From contig CAKKNE010000005.1 of NCBI GenBank assembly GCA_918797485.1, positions 3,286,001 through 3,350,000 on the forward strand: 64,000 bases of DNA. Reading direction: 5' to 3'. The position numbers and the translations under genes are program-made. The DNA comes from Pelagomonas calceolata (taxonomy: Eukaryota). A model generated the notes under the pieces. That model ran no database searches and was not told the DNA's origin. It saw only the letters and a program-made list of their open reading frames with translations. Shown here one piece after another: positions 50,644-61,168 of this stretch (the stretch's first letter is position 1; each line of letters opens with the position of its first letter).

Positions 50644-51711
50644 CTAATCGGGGGAGAACCATCGGACGCCGGACGACGGCGGCTCCGGGCCGTCGCGATG
50701 GATCGTCCGGTGCGACCCCGTATACTGCCTGGAGTCCGTGAGCTTGTCGAAGACGTTCTTTGCCGGCGTCCTCATGGAGTTATCGTCGGCGATGACCGGG
50801 GCACCGTACTTCGCCTCGATCTTCGCGAACAATGACGCTTCGTCGCCCGCGTACCTTGCTAGCAAGCCTCCGACGTTCGCAGCCTTGCTTGGGTTGTGGC
50901 GCAGGAAGTACCTGCGTGTCGTCGCGTCGACGGCGCGTTGGCGAGTTTAATCCCCCACACCATCCTATGTCGTCGTACGCGCAGAGTATTGATGACGACG
51001 CGGGACGCCGCACCTAGTTAACGCGTCAAAATAGTCGGGCGGCGGCGGCGGCACGGCATTCTCGACCGGCGGCGGTATTACTGGAGACCGTGGCGTTAAT
51101 TTAACAGGCGGCGTCCGCGCGGGCCGCGGCGGCGTCGGCATCGAGCGACTGGGGCTCAGCCCCACGTGGTGGCCCGACGACACGCCGGCCTCCGCATCAC
51201 TATAATGTTTGGAATGATCCACTCCTCTCACGTCCGCGTGCGGCGACCGGACCAATCTGTCTAAAGTCACCTTGTTGTCCACCGTCGACGGTCCGCCCAC
51301 GACATGCACGCCCGTATACAACGCCTTGTCGTCGTGGAGCCGCACGGGTTCGGATAGCGACGGTCGGTTCAGCGACGGGCCCGCACACGCCATGATTAAC
51401 TCCTGGACCTTCTCGACGCCGATCCGCCGCGTCGCAGCACACAACTCCAGGGCCTGCAGGAACTGCATCCACCGAAGCTTCTTGGCGCCGCGGTCGACGG
51501 ACCGCATGAAGATCAGGTCGAGCTGCGTCTTCGTCAGCTTGCGATCCACCAACCCGCTGTCCGCGCAGAGCTTCGCGAAGTTCTTGGCCGACAAACCGAC
51601 GCCGGCGTTCGTGCCGCCGAACACACTATATTCGTCGAAGCGCTCGCGCAGGGCGCGCGCCGCTCCAGTCGTCTTGTACGGGCTCGGCTTGCTCGCGCCG
51701 AAGGAGGCCAT
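50644..51711 (-). CDS. TPPP/p25alpha-domain protein; exons 51711..51014 and 50911..50644
   Basis: NFAKLCADSGLVDRKLTKTQLDLIF, RLHDDKALYTGVHVVGGPSTVD and a second VFDKLTDSRQYTGSHR motif; the GT..AG intron 51013..50912 removes an in-frame stop. Confidence 0.8.
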
Positions 51712-52124
51712 CCCTGGCGTGCGGCAGCCCGGGCGTCGTCGTGGAGAGCCGAGCGGCCGCGCGGAGGCAGCCCGGTCGGCCGCACGGTTACGAGCTCGTA
51801 GCGTTCCGCCGTCCCAGTTTGCTTTTTGTGCATGCAAAAACTGAAAAAACTTGAATGAGCTCAACGTCTATGCAGTACGGCATGCATGCGTGGCCAAGCG
51901 TGTGTTTCTGCGCCAGAGCTAGCGGCCTGTAAGACACTAGGGATGCCTTAGGCTTTGCAAAGAGCGGCTCTCGCTCGAGTGTGCAACGGTCAACAAGCTC
52001 ATAGGATTGCGTATAAGGTATTTTGCCTGGTGCACGCATCGATTCGCATCGATTCGCGCATCAATTCGCATTTATAGCGACTCCTGATTGGTGCTGCCCA
52101 CTACCAGCCAAGCGGTGCGCAACG

Positions 52125-53324
52125 ATGCGTGCGACGCTGCTCTACGCATGCGGTGCCTCGGCACTGCTGACGCCGTTGCGACGGGCGCCGCCGGCGCGCC
52201 TTGCACGACCGCCGACCGCGCTCCGCGCCGTACCGGTGCAGAGCGAGTGGACGACCTGGGCTCTACTCGGCACGACGGGCGCGCTCGGCTTGTATGCGGA
52301 GGAAAACTCGAAGCTCGGCGCGGCGCTCAGCTCGAACGTCGTGACGATGGTGGCCGCGCTAGTACTGGCGAACCTCGGCGCGCTGCCTACCTCGTCGCCC
52401 GTCTACGGCACCGTCGTCAAGAAGCTCGTGCCGCTGGCCGTCGCGGCCTTGCTCTTCGACGCGGATTTAGATAGAGTGCGGCGGGAAGGGCGACGACTCC
52501 TCGCGCCGTTCGTCGTCGCCGCGCTGGGAACCATCGCCGGCACCGTCGTCGCGTGGCGCCTCGTCCCGCTCCAGCGCGGCATCCCGGCGCTGGCGGCGCG
52601 TGCGACGATGGCGTCGGCCCTGACGGCGCGGCACATCGGCGGCGCCGTGAACTACGTCTCCGTGGCGGAGTACGGCGGCGCGGCGCCGGAGCTCGTCGCC
52701 GCTGGCATCGCCGCGGACAACGCCGTCGTGGCGCCCTATTTTGTTGGATTGTTCGCGGCGTCGGGACCGGCGAAGGGTGGTAACAAAGGCGGCGCGAAGC
52801 GCGCCGACCCCGCGATCTCGGCGACGGACGCCGCCGCGGCCGTCGCGGCAGCGTTGAGCATCGTCGCGCTGGCCGACGCCGCGGCGCCGGCGCACCTGCT
52901 GCTGCCGCTGACGACGGCGGTAGCGGTTGCGTTTGCCACGTTGGCGCCGTCTCTGGGCGCGCGGCTCGCGCCGGCGGGCCGCATCGTCGGCGTCGTCGCG
53001 ATGCAGCTCTTCGTGGCGGCCATTGGCGCGGCCGGGAGGGTGCGTGGCCTTGCCCGAAGCGGCGTGTGGCTCGCGGCGTTCTCGGCCGTCCAGCTTGCGG
53101 TCCACTTCTGCGTTCTGGGCGCCGCGAAGGCGTTCTTCGGGCTCCCGATCCGCGAACTGGCCGTCGCCTCGAACGCCGCGGTCGGCGGGCCCACGACCGC
53201 GGCCGCGATGGCTACGGCGAAGGGCTGGGACGACCTCGTCCTGCCGGCGCTCCTCGTCGGCATCCTAGGCTACGCGACGGGGACGTTTGTCTCGATCGGC
53301 CTCCTTTCGATGTGGGTAAGGTAG
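52125..53324 (+). CDS. DUF819 (YjcL-like) multi-pass membrane protein, probably plastid
   Basis: VPLAVAALLFDADL, HIGGAVNYVSV, AADN, ASNAAVGGPTTAAAMATAKGW, GILGYATGT. Confidence 0.88.
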   Translation: MRATLLYACGASALLTPLRRAPPARLARPPTALRAVPVQSEWTTWALLGTTGALGLYAEENSKLGAALSSNVVTMVAALVLANLGALPTSSPVYGTVVKKLVPLAVAALLFDADLDRVRREGRRLLAPFVVAALGTIAGTVVAWRLVPLQRGIPALAARATMASALTARHIGGAVNYVSVAEYGGAAPELVAAGIAADNAVVAPYFVGLFAASGPAKGGNKGGAKRADPAISATDAAAAVAAALSIVALADAAAPAHLLLPLTTAVAVAFATLAPSLGARLAPAGRIVGVVAMQLFVAAIGAAGRVRGLARSGVWLAAFSAVQLAVHFCVLGAAKAFFGLPIRELAVASNAAVGGPTTAAAMATAKGWDDLVLPALLVGILGYATGTFVSIGLLSMWVR

Positions 53325-53377
53325 TTGTGTGACTCGACGCGTCGGTGGCGACGCCATCGGCGCATTAATACTTTAAC

Positions 53378-54277
53378 TTACTCGCCCGCCGACGACGGCA
53401 GCCGCGCCGAGATGACGTAGTCCGCGCCGTACGTCACGCCCGTGTCGCCGAGGAGCTTCTTCGCCGAGGCGTCCAACGCGTCGATCTGGCCCCGCATCGC
53501 CGCCGCCACGCTCTGATCCGCGAAGTGGGGCAGCTTCCGCCGCGCGACGTCCAGCTGCCTTTTTATGGTGGCGTGCTTCCAGATGACGCCGTAGGACTTC
53601 CAGGGCGTCAGCACCTCGAAGCCGCTCCTCTCGAGCTGGCGGATGATCCAGCTCGCCGGGAACTCGCGGTAGGGCCGGTGCGCCGCCAACAATATGCACG
53701 CGTCGCGGAGCCGCGCCGTGTCCACGACGACCTTCTCGGCCGCCGGCAGGCTCTTGTACTGCGCCGACCCGAGCTGGGCGTAGATCGGCGTGAGGCCCAC
53801 GACGTGGAGTAACGCCCCCGGCGCGCAGCGCGCCTTGAGCTCGCCGAGGATCGTGTCCTGCATGAAGGGCGTGAAGCCGTCCATGGACCCGATGAGGTAG
53901 TCGCACAAGATTGTGTCGAAGGCGGCGCCCTCCGGGGCGTTGCCCGAGCACCAGGAGCCCTCGACGAGCGCGTCGCCGCGGCTCGTGTCCAGGAGGGCCT
54001 GCTTGTCGGACGCGCCCTTGCCCTCGCCGCTCGTCGCGTCCGCGGTGACCGCCGTGATGCAGTCCACGGCGTCGTTCGGGAGCGTGACGAGCCATTTGAG
54101 CGAATGGCCGCCCGTGCCCGCGTCGAGGATGCGGCCGTACGGCTTGTTGAGCGAGTGGTGAACGTCCTCGATGCGCCGAAACAACGGGTCCTGCGTCTTC
54201 GGCGACGCCAGCATCGACGGGGCTTTATTCTCCATCGCTGACATGGTCGTGAGCAATCGACGCAGGCCGAGGCGCAT
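53378..54277 (-). CDS. Class I SAM-dependent methyltransferase
   Basis: RILDAGTGGHS, FDTILCDYLIG, RLRDACILLA.HRPYREFP. Confidence 0.75.
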   Translation of the reverse strand: MRLGLRRLLTTMSAMENKAPSMLASPKTQDPLFRRIEDVHHSLNKPYGRILDAGTGGHSLKWLVTLPNDAVDCITAVTADATSGEGKGASDKQALLDTSRGDALVEGSWCSGNAPEGAAFDTILCDYLIGSMDGFTPFMQDTILGELKARCAPGALLHVVGLTPIYAQLGSAQYKSLPAAEKVVVDTARLRDACILLAAHRPYREFPASWIIRQLERSGFEVLTPWKSYGVIWKHATIKRQLDVARRKLPHFADQSVAAAMRGQIDALDASAKKLLGDTGVTYGADYVISARLPSSAGE

Positions 54278-54583
54278 CGACGCACCGGCCACTCGACCTA
54301 GCAGCGTGCACACGAAATGTATCAATTGCTGCGGCTGGTTGTCGACAGCCTAGGCGAGTGGGTGCTGTGCAGCACTTGTGTGGCTCGCTCGCCGCAAATA
54401 AACTCGCTGCAAAACCACTCACGGCTCACTCAGCAACTCAAAGATAGCGGCAACTGCACGCGTGCTGCATGCGCTGAGCCTTTGCGATGAGCTCGAGACC
54501 TGGGCTTGCCTAGTGTCTTACACCGCTAGCAAACGCCCGGAAGACAACTCATCAGGAACAGTTACAACACCGAAAATTAGCAG

Positions 54584-55834
54584 TCACCGACTCGCGTTCC
54601 GCTCCTCCAGCGGCCCCCGCGTCACCGCCACGAGTTTCGCGGCGAGGCGGTGCACCTCGTCCGCGAGCGAGCCCTCCGGCACCTCCGGAGGCTTCGGCTC
54701 GACGACGACCGGCGGAGGCGGCGGCGGCGGCGCCGAGCGGACCAGGCTCTTCGTCTCGGCCGCGACGGCGGCCTCGAGGCGCGCGAGGGCCCGGCGCTGG
54801 TCGGCGACTGCGGCCTCGGCGCGCCTCCTGGCCTCGACGGCGGCATCCCGCAATGCGATTTCCCGCCTAGCGTCCTCGGCGGCGCGCGTCGCGGCCGAGA
54901 GGCCCGCGGCCGCCGCGTCGCGCGCCGCCGCGGCCTCGCGCTCCAGCCGACCCGCGAGCTCCTTCGCGGCGTCCGCCCGCGCCTCGTCGCGTTGCCGCGC
55001 GGCCGCCGCGTCGCGGGCCCGCGCTTCGCCGCTCGCGACCGCGTCCCGCAGGTCGCGGGCCTCCTTCCGGAGCCGCTGAATGTCCTCGGGAGAGACGTCC
55101 GCCGCGGCGCGCCGCCGCTCCGCGGCGGCTGCGGCGGCCTCGGCGGCGTCGCGGCGCTGCTCGGCGGCGGCGGCTTCGCTTCGCATCGCGGCCGCCTCGA
55201 GTTCCGTCGCGTCCCGGGCGGCGCGTGCCTTCGCCGCCTCCGCCCGCGCCTGCTCGGCGCCCGCCTCCGCCTCCCTCCGATCCTCGCGGGCGCTCGCGAC
55301 CTCGGCGCGGCAGGTCGCCTTCGCGGATTGAATCGCGGCGCTCGTCTGGCGCGCCCGGGCTTCCGTGTCGCGAGCGAGGTCCCGCGCCGCGGCGACGCGC
55401 CGCGCCGCGCCCTTGGACGACGGCGACCGCGTCCGCTCGAGCTCCGCGCGCAGCTCGGCCGCGTCGGCCCGGGCCCGTTCCAATGCGTTGGTCAGGACCG
55501 CGAGCTCCCGTAGCTCCTGCCGCGGTGCGGGCGCGCTCGCGGGCGCGCTCCACGACTCGTCGTCAAGAAGCGCGCGGGCGAGGCGCGCGACGGCCGGGTC
55601 CCCGATCAACTGATCGTTGTCGGCATTACGCCAGCCGCGCGTCGCGGCCTTCGCTACCGCTTGGGCGACGAGGCTGCGCGGCGCCTGCCACTCCACAAGT
55701 TCGGCCTGGAGCAGGTAGGCAAGCTTGGCTACTTGCTCGATTACATCGTCTGGCAAATGGGCGTCGAGCTCGTCGAGCTGGGAGTAGGGCGGTGACGCCG
55801 CGCGTGGTGAGCTGTGAGCGGTTCGTGGCGTCAT
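54584..55834 (-). CDS. Ala/Arg/Glu-rich coiled-coil protein
   Basis: 416-aa ATG ORF with long helical repeats and a poly-Pro segment. Confidence 0.6.
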   Translation of the reverse strand: MTPRTAHSSPRAASPPYSQLDELDAHLPDDVIEQVAKLAYLLQAELVEWQAPRSLVAQAVAKAATRGWRNADNDQLIGDPAVARLARALLDDESWSAPASAPAPRQELRELAVLTNALERARADAAELRAELERTRSPSSKGAARRVAAARDLARDTEARARQTSAAIQSAKATCRAEVASAREDRREAEAGAEQARAEAAKARAARDATELEAAAMRSEAAAAEQRRDAAEAAAAAAERRRAAADVSPEDIQRLRKEARDLRDAVASGEARARDAAAARQRDEARADAAKELAGRLEREAAAARDAAAAGLSAATRAAEDARREIALRDAAVEARRRAEAAVADQRRALARLEAAVAAETKSLVRSAPPPPPPPVVVEPKPPEVPEGSLADEVHRLAAKLVAVTRGPLEERNASR

Positions 55835-56150
55835 CGGGTCGTCATTTTAGGATGTTTGCTGGCTGCCCTGCGTTTCCGGGCTGCGTATAATTTGAAAGCA
55901 GAGCCCGAGCCGAGCAGCTGGCTAGTACCTTAAAGCCGCTAGCTGGAGCCGATTTCGCCGCCGGCCACAAAGCGCTGGATAGGGCGCTTGTCCCGCTAGA
56001 TTAGCTCACCGAGGGATCGCGAGCCACCCAAGCTTCTCAGACAGGCAGCTGTTCTGCGTCTCCGCGCTGCCTTCACCCACACAACCTCGATATCCGACTG
56101 TGCGACCGATTGACGCCGATTGACGCCGATCGACATCGACGCGCGCGAGA

Positions 56151-57379
56151 ATGGAGGAAGAAGGCGAGATCGACGACCCCGCCGAGCCCGTCTGCAAATT
56201 CATCAATCGCGGCCCGCCCTTCGCGAAGGCCTTGGACGGCGAGGACCACTGGGACGGCGGCGAGGCCAAGCCGGTCGAGGGCCCCGAGCCGCCGCCGCGG
56301 GCGCGCTCGCCCGGCGACGACGACCGCCGGGACGACCGCCGGCCGCCGCCGCGGCGCCGGTCGCCGAGCTACGACCGCCGCCGGCGCTACAGCCGGTCGC
56401 CGTCGTACGAGCGCCGCCGCCGCTACAGCCGGTCGCCGAGCTACGAGCGGCGCCCGTACCGCTCGCCGTCCGAGGATTCCTATGGACGACGCCGCGGCTA
56501 TAGTAGGAGATCGCCGCCGCCGCCGCGGCGCCGCTACTACGCCGACGACCGGAGGCGGCGCTACGACCGGTCGCCGCCGCGGCGCCGCGACGACCGGTCG
56601 CGCTCGCCTAGGAGGGACTGGGAGGACCCGCGGCGCCACTACGACGAGCGGCGGAGCCCGTCGCCGCGCCGTGGGCGGTCGCCGCCGCGGCGGCGCGCGC
56701 CGTCCGACGACTTCGGGCGCGAGCCGCCGTCGCGCTTCTCGGACGACCCGAGCCGCGTGCCGCCGCCCGAGGCGCCGCCGGAGAAGAAGCCGGCGTCGCG
56801 CTTCGCCGGCGCCGAGGCCGCGCTCGCGCGCGAGAAGCGCAAGGCCGTCGCCGAGGCGCTGGCGGGCGCCGAGAAGCCGCCGGCGCCGGCGCCCAAGGAG
56901 CTTAAGTCTGCGGTGGCCGCGGCGGCCGAGGCCGCGAAGCAGCTCGCGTCGGAGAAGCTGCCCGAGGACGACTACATGAACGAGAGCTTCGTCGCGCCCG
57001 AGCCCGAGAAGAAGCCGCGCCGCAAGAAGAACAAGGCCCTGCCCGCCGAGGCCGTCGAGGCGCGCGCCAAGGCCGCCGCCGCTTCCACCAATACGCCCGC
57101 CGCGCCGCCGTCGGCCAACAGCACCGCGGCGCAGATGTACGCGGCCCAGCAGTACTACGCGGCCCAGCAGATGCTCCAGGCGCAACAATACTACGCGGCG
57201 CATTACGCCGCGGCCGCGGCGTTGTACTCGGACCCGACGTACGCGGCGCACTACGCGGCGAACGCCGTGCGATCCGCGGGCGAGCCGCCGGCGCCGGGGA
57301 CGATCGTCGCCGGGGCCGCCGTGGCCGGCCAGCCGCCGGATCCCGCCGTCGCCGCGGCGCTCGCGTCGGCGGCGGCGAT

Positions 57380-57415
<36 letters not shown>

Positions 57416-57461
57416 CGACGAGCCGCCGGCCACTGATGCGGCCAAGACGGCTTCAAGTTAG
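56151..57461 (+). CDS. RS-rich low-complexity nuclear protein (splicing-factor-like)
   Basis: EEGEI motif, tandem RRRYSRSPSYE repeats, Y/A/Q-rich and poly-Pro C-terminus. Confidence 0.7.
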
Positions 57462-57501
57462 TAACCACTGGGTTTCAGTATACTATCTGTCAGACTCTCA
57501 G

Positions 57502-60500
57502 TTACCCCCCGAGCCGCCGCAACAACCCCGACGCCTGGACGCCGCGCGGCGTCGGCTCCGACGCGACGATCGTCAGCGCCCGCATCAGATCCGCCATGTG
57601 GCGCCCGCCGACGCTCCGCTGCGTCTTGATCGGGTCCGCCGCGAGCCACGCGAGCAGCGGCCGCGGCCACGCGTCCGACCGCGCGAAGGCTCTCGCCGCA
57701 AAATTCAAAACAAGAGCCTCGACGTCGCTCGCTAGCGCCGTCGGGGGCACCTTGGCCAGCAACCCGAGGAAGGCGCGCGGGTCGGCCGCTGCTCGCCGGA
57801 AGGAGCCGTCTAAATCGCCGCGCTGCATCAGGGCGGACGCCTCGCCCCAGACCTTCTTCGTCTGCTTGGACGCTCTGGCTTTGACGGGCGGCGACTCGAT
57901 CTGGACGCGCGGGCGCGAGGGCGCCGGTGCCGGCGCCCGCACGACGGACGCCCGGTCCCGCAACGCTTCTTCGACCTTCGCGCAGCGCATCGCGAGCGCG
58001 TCGACGCTCTCGCGCAGCGGCTCCAGCGGCGCGAGCGACGGGCCGACCGACGACGCCTGGACGAGGTCGTCGCCGCCGCCGCCCACGAAGGGCTTGAAGA
58101 AGGGCTGGTGCTTGCGCATCCGCCGCCGCCGCGGTCGGCGCCACGGCGGGGGCTCGTCGTCGAGAATGTCCGACGCGAAGAGGGCCGGCGTCGGCGCCGG
58201 CGCCGGCAGCGGCGCCATGACCGGCAGCGCCAGGCCGGGCACCTTGGGCGGCGCCGCGACGGGCGCCTCGGCCACGACAAAGGGCGACGGCTCGTCCCCG
58301 AAGTGCACCGGCGACATGTGCGTCTCCGGCGACGGCGGCGGCGCGTAGAAGCCGGCCACCGACATGCGCGACGCCAACGACGCGCAGACGTCCCGGTCCG
58401 ACCGCTGCTGCCTCTTGGGAAGAGCCGTCAGCTTGAGCTGTCTCAGAGCTTCCAAGGCTCGTCCCGCGGCGTCGCGCACGAGCTTGACGGCGTGGTGCGT
58501 GGCCACGTCGCAGGCCGCCTCGAGGGGCCTCCGGAGGGGCGCCACGGCGTCCCGCGCGCAGTCCGACGCGGCCAGTGCCGCCACCAGATCGAGAGCCGCG
58601 GCCCGGTCCTTCCACGCGAGCTGGCCGACGATCTCGCGCGACGCGTTGCCCGCGCCCTCGACGCAGCGCGCGGCGTGCCGCGCCAGGGCCGGCGCCGCGG
58701 CCTTGAGCCCTTCCGCCAACGCGGCGTCCGCGTGCGCGACGACGCGCGGGTCGAACTGCGACGTCGACATCTTCGCCAGCCGCCGAGAGTCGTCCCGCAA
58801 CCGCAGCAGCGCGGCCGCCGCATCACAAAACGGCTCCAGGGCGTCGGCGTGGCTCCGACACGCCTCGACGACCCACGAGCACACCGGCGCGCTCCCCGGC
58901 GCGACGGCCAGCGCGAAGGCCGCGCGCTGCGTCGTCGTATCGGCGACCGCGACGTCGTCGGGGCCGTCCGACACGCGCCAGCCCGGCGGGAGGACGTCGG
59001 GCCGCTGCAGATTGACCCTCAGGTCCCGCGCCTGGCCGTCGTCCTCGCAGTGGACGACGACGCCGCAGTTCTGGGGCAGCGCGGTCACGGCGCCCGGTAA
59101 CGCCACGCCGCGCATGGCGCACCGCCGCTTGAGGTCCTCCAATAGACCATGTGGGGTCGCGAGGCGCAATCTCGAGTCGGCGTCCAACCAAACATTCCTA
59201 GGCCCCGGCTCCGCCCGCAGCACCGCCGCCAGGCAGTGGGCAACCGCGCGCCGCCCCCTCGCTTGCGGCCGCGCCAGCACCAGCGTAAAGGGCGCTATTA
59301 GAACATCGACGGGAAACGTCATCGCCTCGTCTGGTCCCACGTTCTGCCGCGACGCCGCCGCGCGCGGGAAGACGTCGCGGGCGATGCCGCCCGCGACCAC
59401 CGCCGCACATTGCGACAGGGCGCTGCCGGAACCTTCCGAACCTTGCGCGACGTCCGCGCAGGCCCGCAAAGCATGCGCGAGACGCGACGCACAGGCGTCC
59501 GGTCGCGCCTTCGCCAACGCGCCTATCAACAGTAAGCACTGCTTTCGCGCCGCCAACGGTGCGGAATCATCTAATAAAACGGCCGACGCCCGCCCTTCCG
59601 CGCGGCTCGTCGCGCGCACGCCCAGGACCTCCTCGAAGAGCGCCAAGGAGTCGGACGGATTCTCGCAGGCCACGCACCGCTGCAGCTCGTCCCAGAGCAG
59701 ACCGCACGCCGCCGGCCGGCCGTCGCGGTCCCGCAAGCGCGCCAAATAACCACGAACGCGGTCCCTTACTTTGGACGCGTTCCCGTGCTGCAGCAGCGAG
59801 TCCTCGGCCTTCTTCGCCGCCTTCCGCAGCCGCGACATGGCCACGACGCGCGCCGACGCGCCCGAAAAGTCGGCCGAGGACCGCGCGCGCGACCGCGCGG
59901 ACTCCATGCCGCGCTGCCACGTCCTTGATGTGGACGGCGGCGGGCTTCGCGCCGACTGGGGCCCGCGCGGGCCTCTTGCGGAGGCCACCCGGTACTCGAG
60001 GGCCTCGTCGTGCGACGCCTCGCGGATCGGACTCAGTGAGCTACTGACGGGGCGGTTCTTCGACCAGGCCGGTGGTGAAGGAGGCGCCCGCATGTCCGCC
60101 TGGACGCCGAGGACGGCCCGCACCGCTTCTTCAAAGTCGTCGACTTCGCCGAACGAGAAGGAGAAGGACGCCAGTACATCGCCAGCAGCGCCTCGCGACC
60201 CCGGCGCGTCCCTTAACGGAAACCACGTCGCTGATAAATGGACGGCCTGCTTCGCGGCGTCGCTCCGCCCGCGCGCGAAGACGTCGCGCAGCGGCACCAC
60301 CGCCTCACCAAGTGACGCGCCGTGCTTGTCCCCCGTGGCTCGCGCCTGGCGGTCATCGTGGAGCGACACGACGCAGCACCCGCCAGCCAGGTCCTCGGGC
60401 GCGTCCAACCGTAATGCGAAGCAGAACTCGTTGCCCGCGTCCCACGTTGGTTCCGACGTCGCGCGCCTCGCTGTCGTCTCTTGCGCCTGGTCTTCCGCGC

Positions 60501-60762
60501 CGTGCGTCGCGTCGATGCGCCCGCACCAGACCCGCGCGACGGGGTCCGGCGTGCCCGCGAGGTACCGCGCCCCCAGCACGCGCGCAACTAATCTCGGGCC
60601 CTTCTGTTTCGAGGTCCTCAGCACGTTCGGCGACGCGGGCTGCTGCTGGCGCAGCACGGTCGGCGACGCCGTGTGCTGGCGCGGCGGCACGGCCTCCTCG
60701 ACGAAGGGCGCGAAGGGCGCGGGCATGGGCGGGCTGGCCAGGGCTTCCGACGAGAGGTCCAT
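57502..60762 (-). CDS. C2-domain + HEAT-repeat protein (TORTIFOLIA1/SPIRAL2-like HEAT region)
   Basis: N-terminal C2-like region (DPVARV, T.EPTW...EF.F, LGEAVVPL, WFPL); WKDRAAALD...HAVKLVRDAA.RALE; C-terminal VW.EA...GDLDGSF. Confidence 0.6.
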   Translation of the reverse strand: MDLSSEALASPPMPAPFAPFVEEAVPPRQHTASPTVLRQQQPASPNVLRTSKQKGPRLVARVLGARYLAGTPDPVARVWCGRIDATHGAEDQAQETTARRATSEPTWDAGNEFCFALRLDAPEDLAGGCCVVSLHDDRQARATGDKHGASLGEAVVPLRDVFARGRSDAAKQAVHLSATWFPLRDAPGSRGAAGDVLASFSFSFGEVDDFEEAVRAVLGVQADMRAPPSPPAWSKNRPVSSSLSPIREASHDEALEYRVASARGPRGPQSARSPPPSTSRTWQRGMESARSRARSSADFSGASARVVAMSRLRKAAKKAEDSLLQHGNASKVRDRVRGYLARLRDRDGRPAACGLLWDELQRCVACENPSDSLALFEEVLGVRATSRAEGRASAVLLDDSAPLAARKQCLLLIGALAKARPDACASRLAHALRACADVAQGSEGSGSALSQCAAVVAGGIARDVFPRAAASRQNVGPDEAMTFPVDVLIAPFTLVLARPQARGRRAVAHCLAAVLRAEPGPRNVWLDADSRLRLATPHGLLEDLKRRCAMRGVALPGAVTALPQNCGVVVHCEDDGQARDLRVNLQRPDVLPPGWRVSDGPDDVAVADTTTQRAAFALAVAPGSAPVCSWVVEACRSHADALEPFCDAAAALLRLRDDSRRLAKMSTSQFDPRVVAHADAALAEGLKAAAPALARHAARCVEGAGNASREIVGQLAWKDRAAALDLVAALAASDCARDAVAPLRRPLEAACDVATHHAVKLVRDAAGRALEALRQLKLTALPKRQQRSDRDVCASLASRMSVAGFYAPPPSPETHMSPVHFGDEPSPFVVAEAPVAAPPKVPGLALPVMAPLPAPAPTPALFASDILDDEPPPWRRPRRRRMRKHQPFFKPFVGGGGDDLVQASSVGPSLAPLEPLRESVDALAMRCAKVEEALRDRASVVRAPAPAPSRPRVQIESPPVKARASKQTKKVWGEASALMQRGDLDGSFRRAAADPRAFLGLLAKVPPTALASDVEALVLNFAARAFARSDAWPRPLLAWLAADPIKTQRSVGGRHMADLMRALTIVASEPTPRGVQASGLLRRLGG

Positions 60763-61168
60763 CGTGCTGCCCGAGCGTTGCTACCCGGTGCGTGTTGGCG
60801 GAACTGCTTCTTCCGGCAGCCCCGCGTGGACGATCGTCCGCGGGCAGCCGCGTGCAGGAGCCAAATAGCACTGCTGCCCACCGTTTGCGTGCCGACCGAG
60901 GCTAGTAGCTCTAGGATCTAACACGCCGACCCATACGCTGTCCGGGATCGAGCGAGCCTTCTCCGCGTGCAGCGATAGCTCGGAGCGCTAAAATAGTCGG
61001 GGTGCCGAGATGGTGCCGCTCTGCATAAGGCCACTGCCATTTGCTCTCGTGCCCCGTGCACGGCGCCCAGCGGCCGGCCTGCCAGTGAGGACGTCGCATC
61101 GGTGCCACCGCTCCACCGCGACGTCGCATCGGCGCCAGCACGACGACGCGGGCAGCGAAACCGACGGC

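Noticed and set aside
50912..51013. p25alpha intron as another introner
   Set aside because: Ordinary GT-AG intron without the TIR or an 8-bp TSD.
52035..52075. ~10-bp tandem repeats (GCATCGATTC; similarly CGATTGACGC near 56106-56135) upstream of genes
   Set aside because: Only two or three imperfect copies; not enough to call regulatory elements.
57381..57415. (CCG)n tract
   Set aside because: Encodes the poly-Pro tail of the RS-rich protein; ordinary coding microsatellite.
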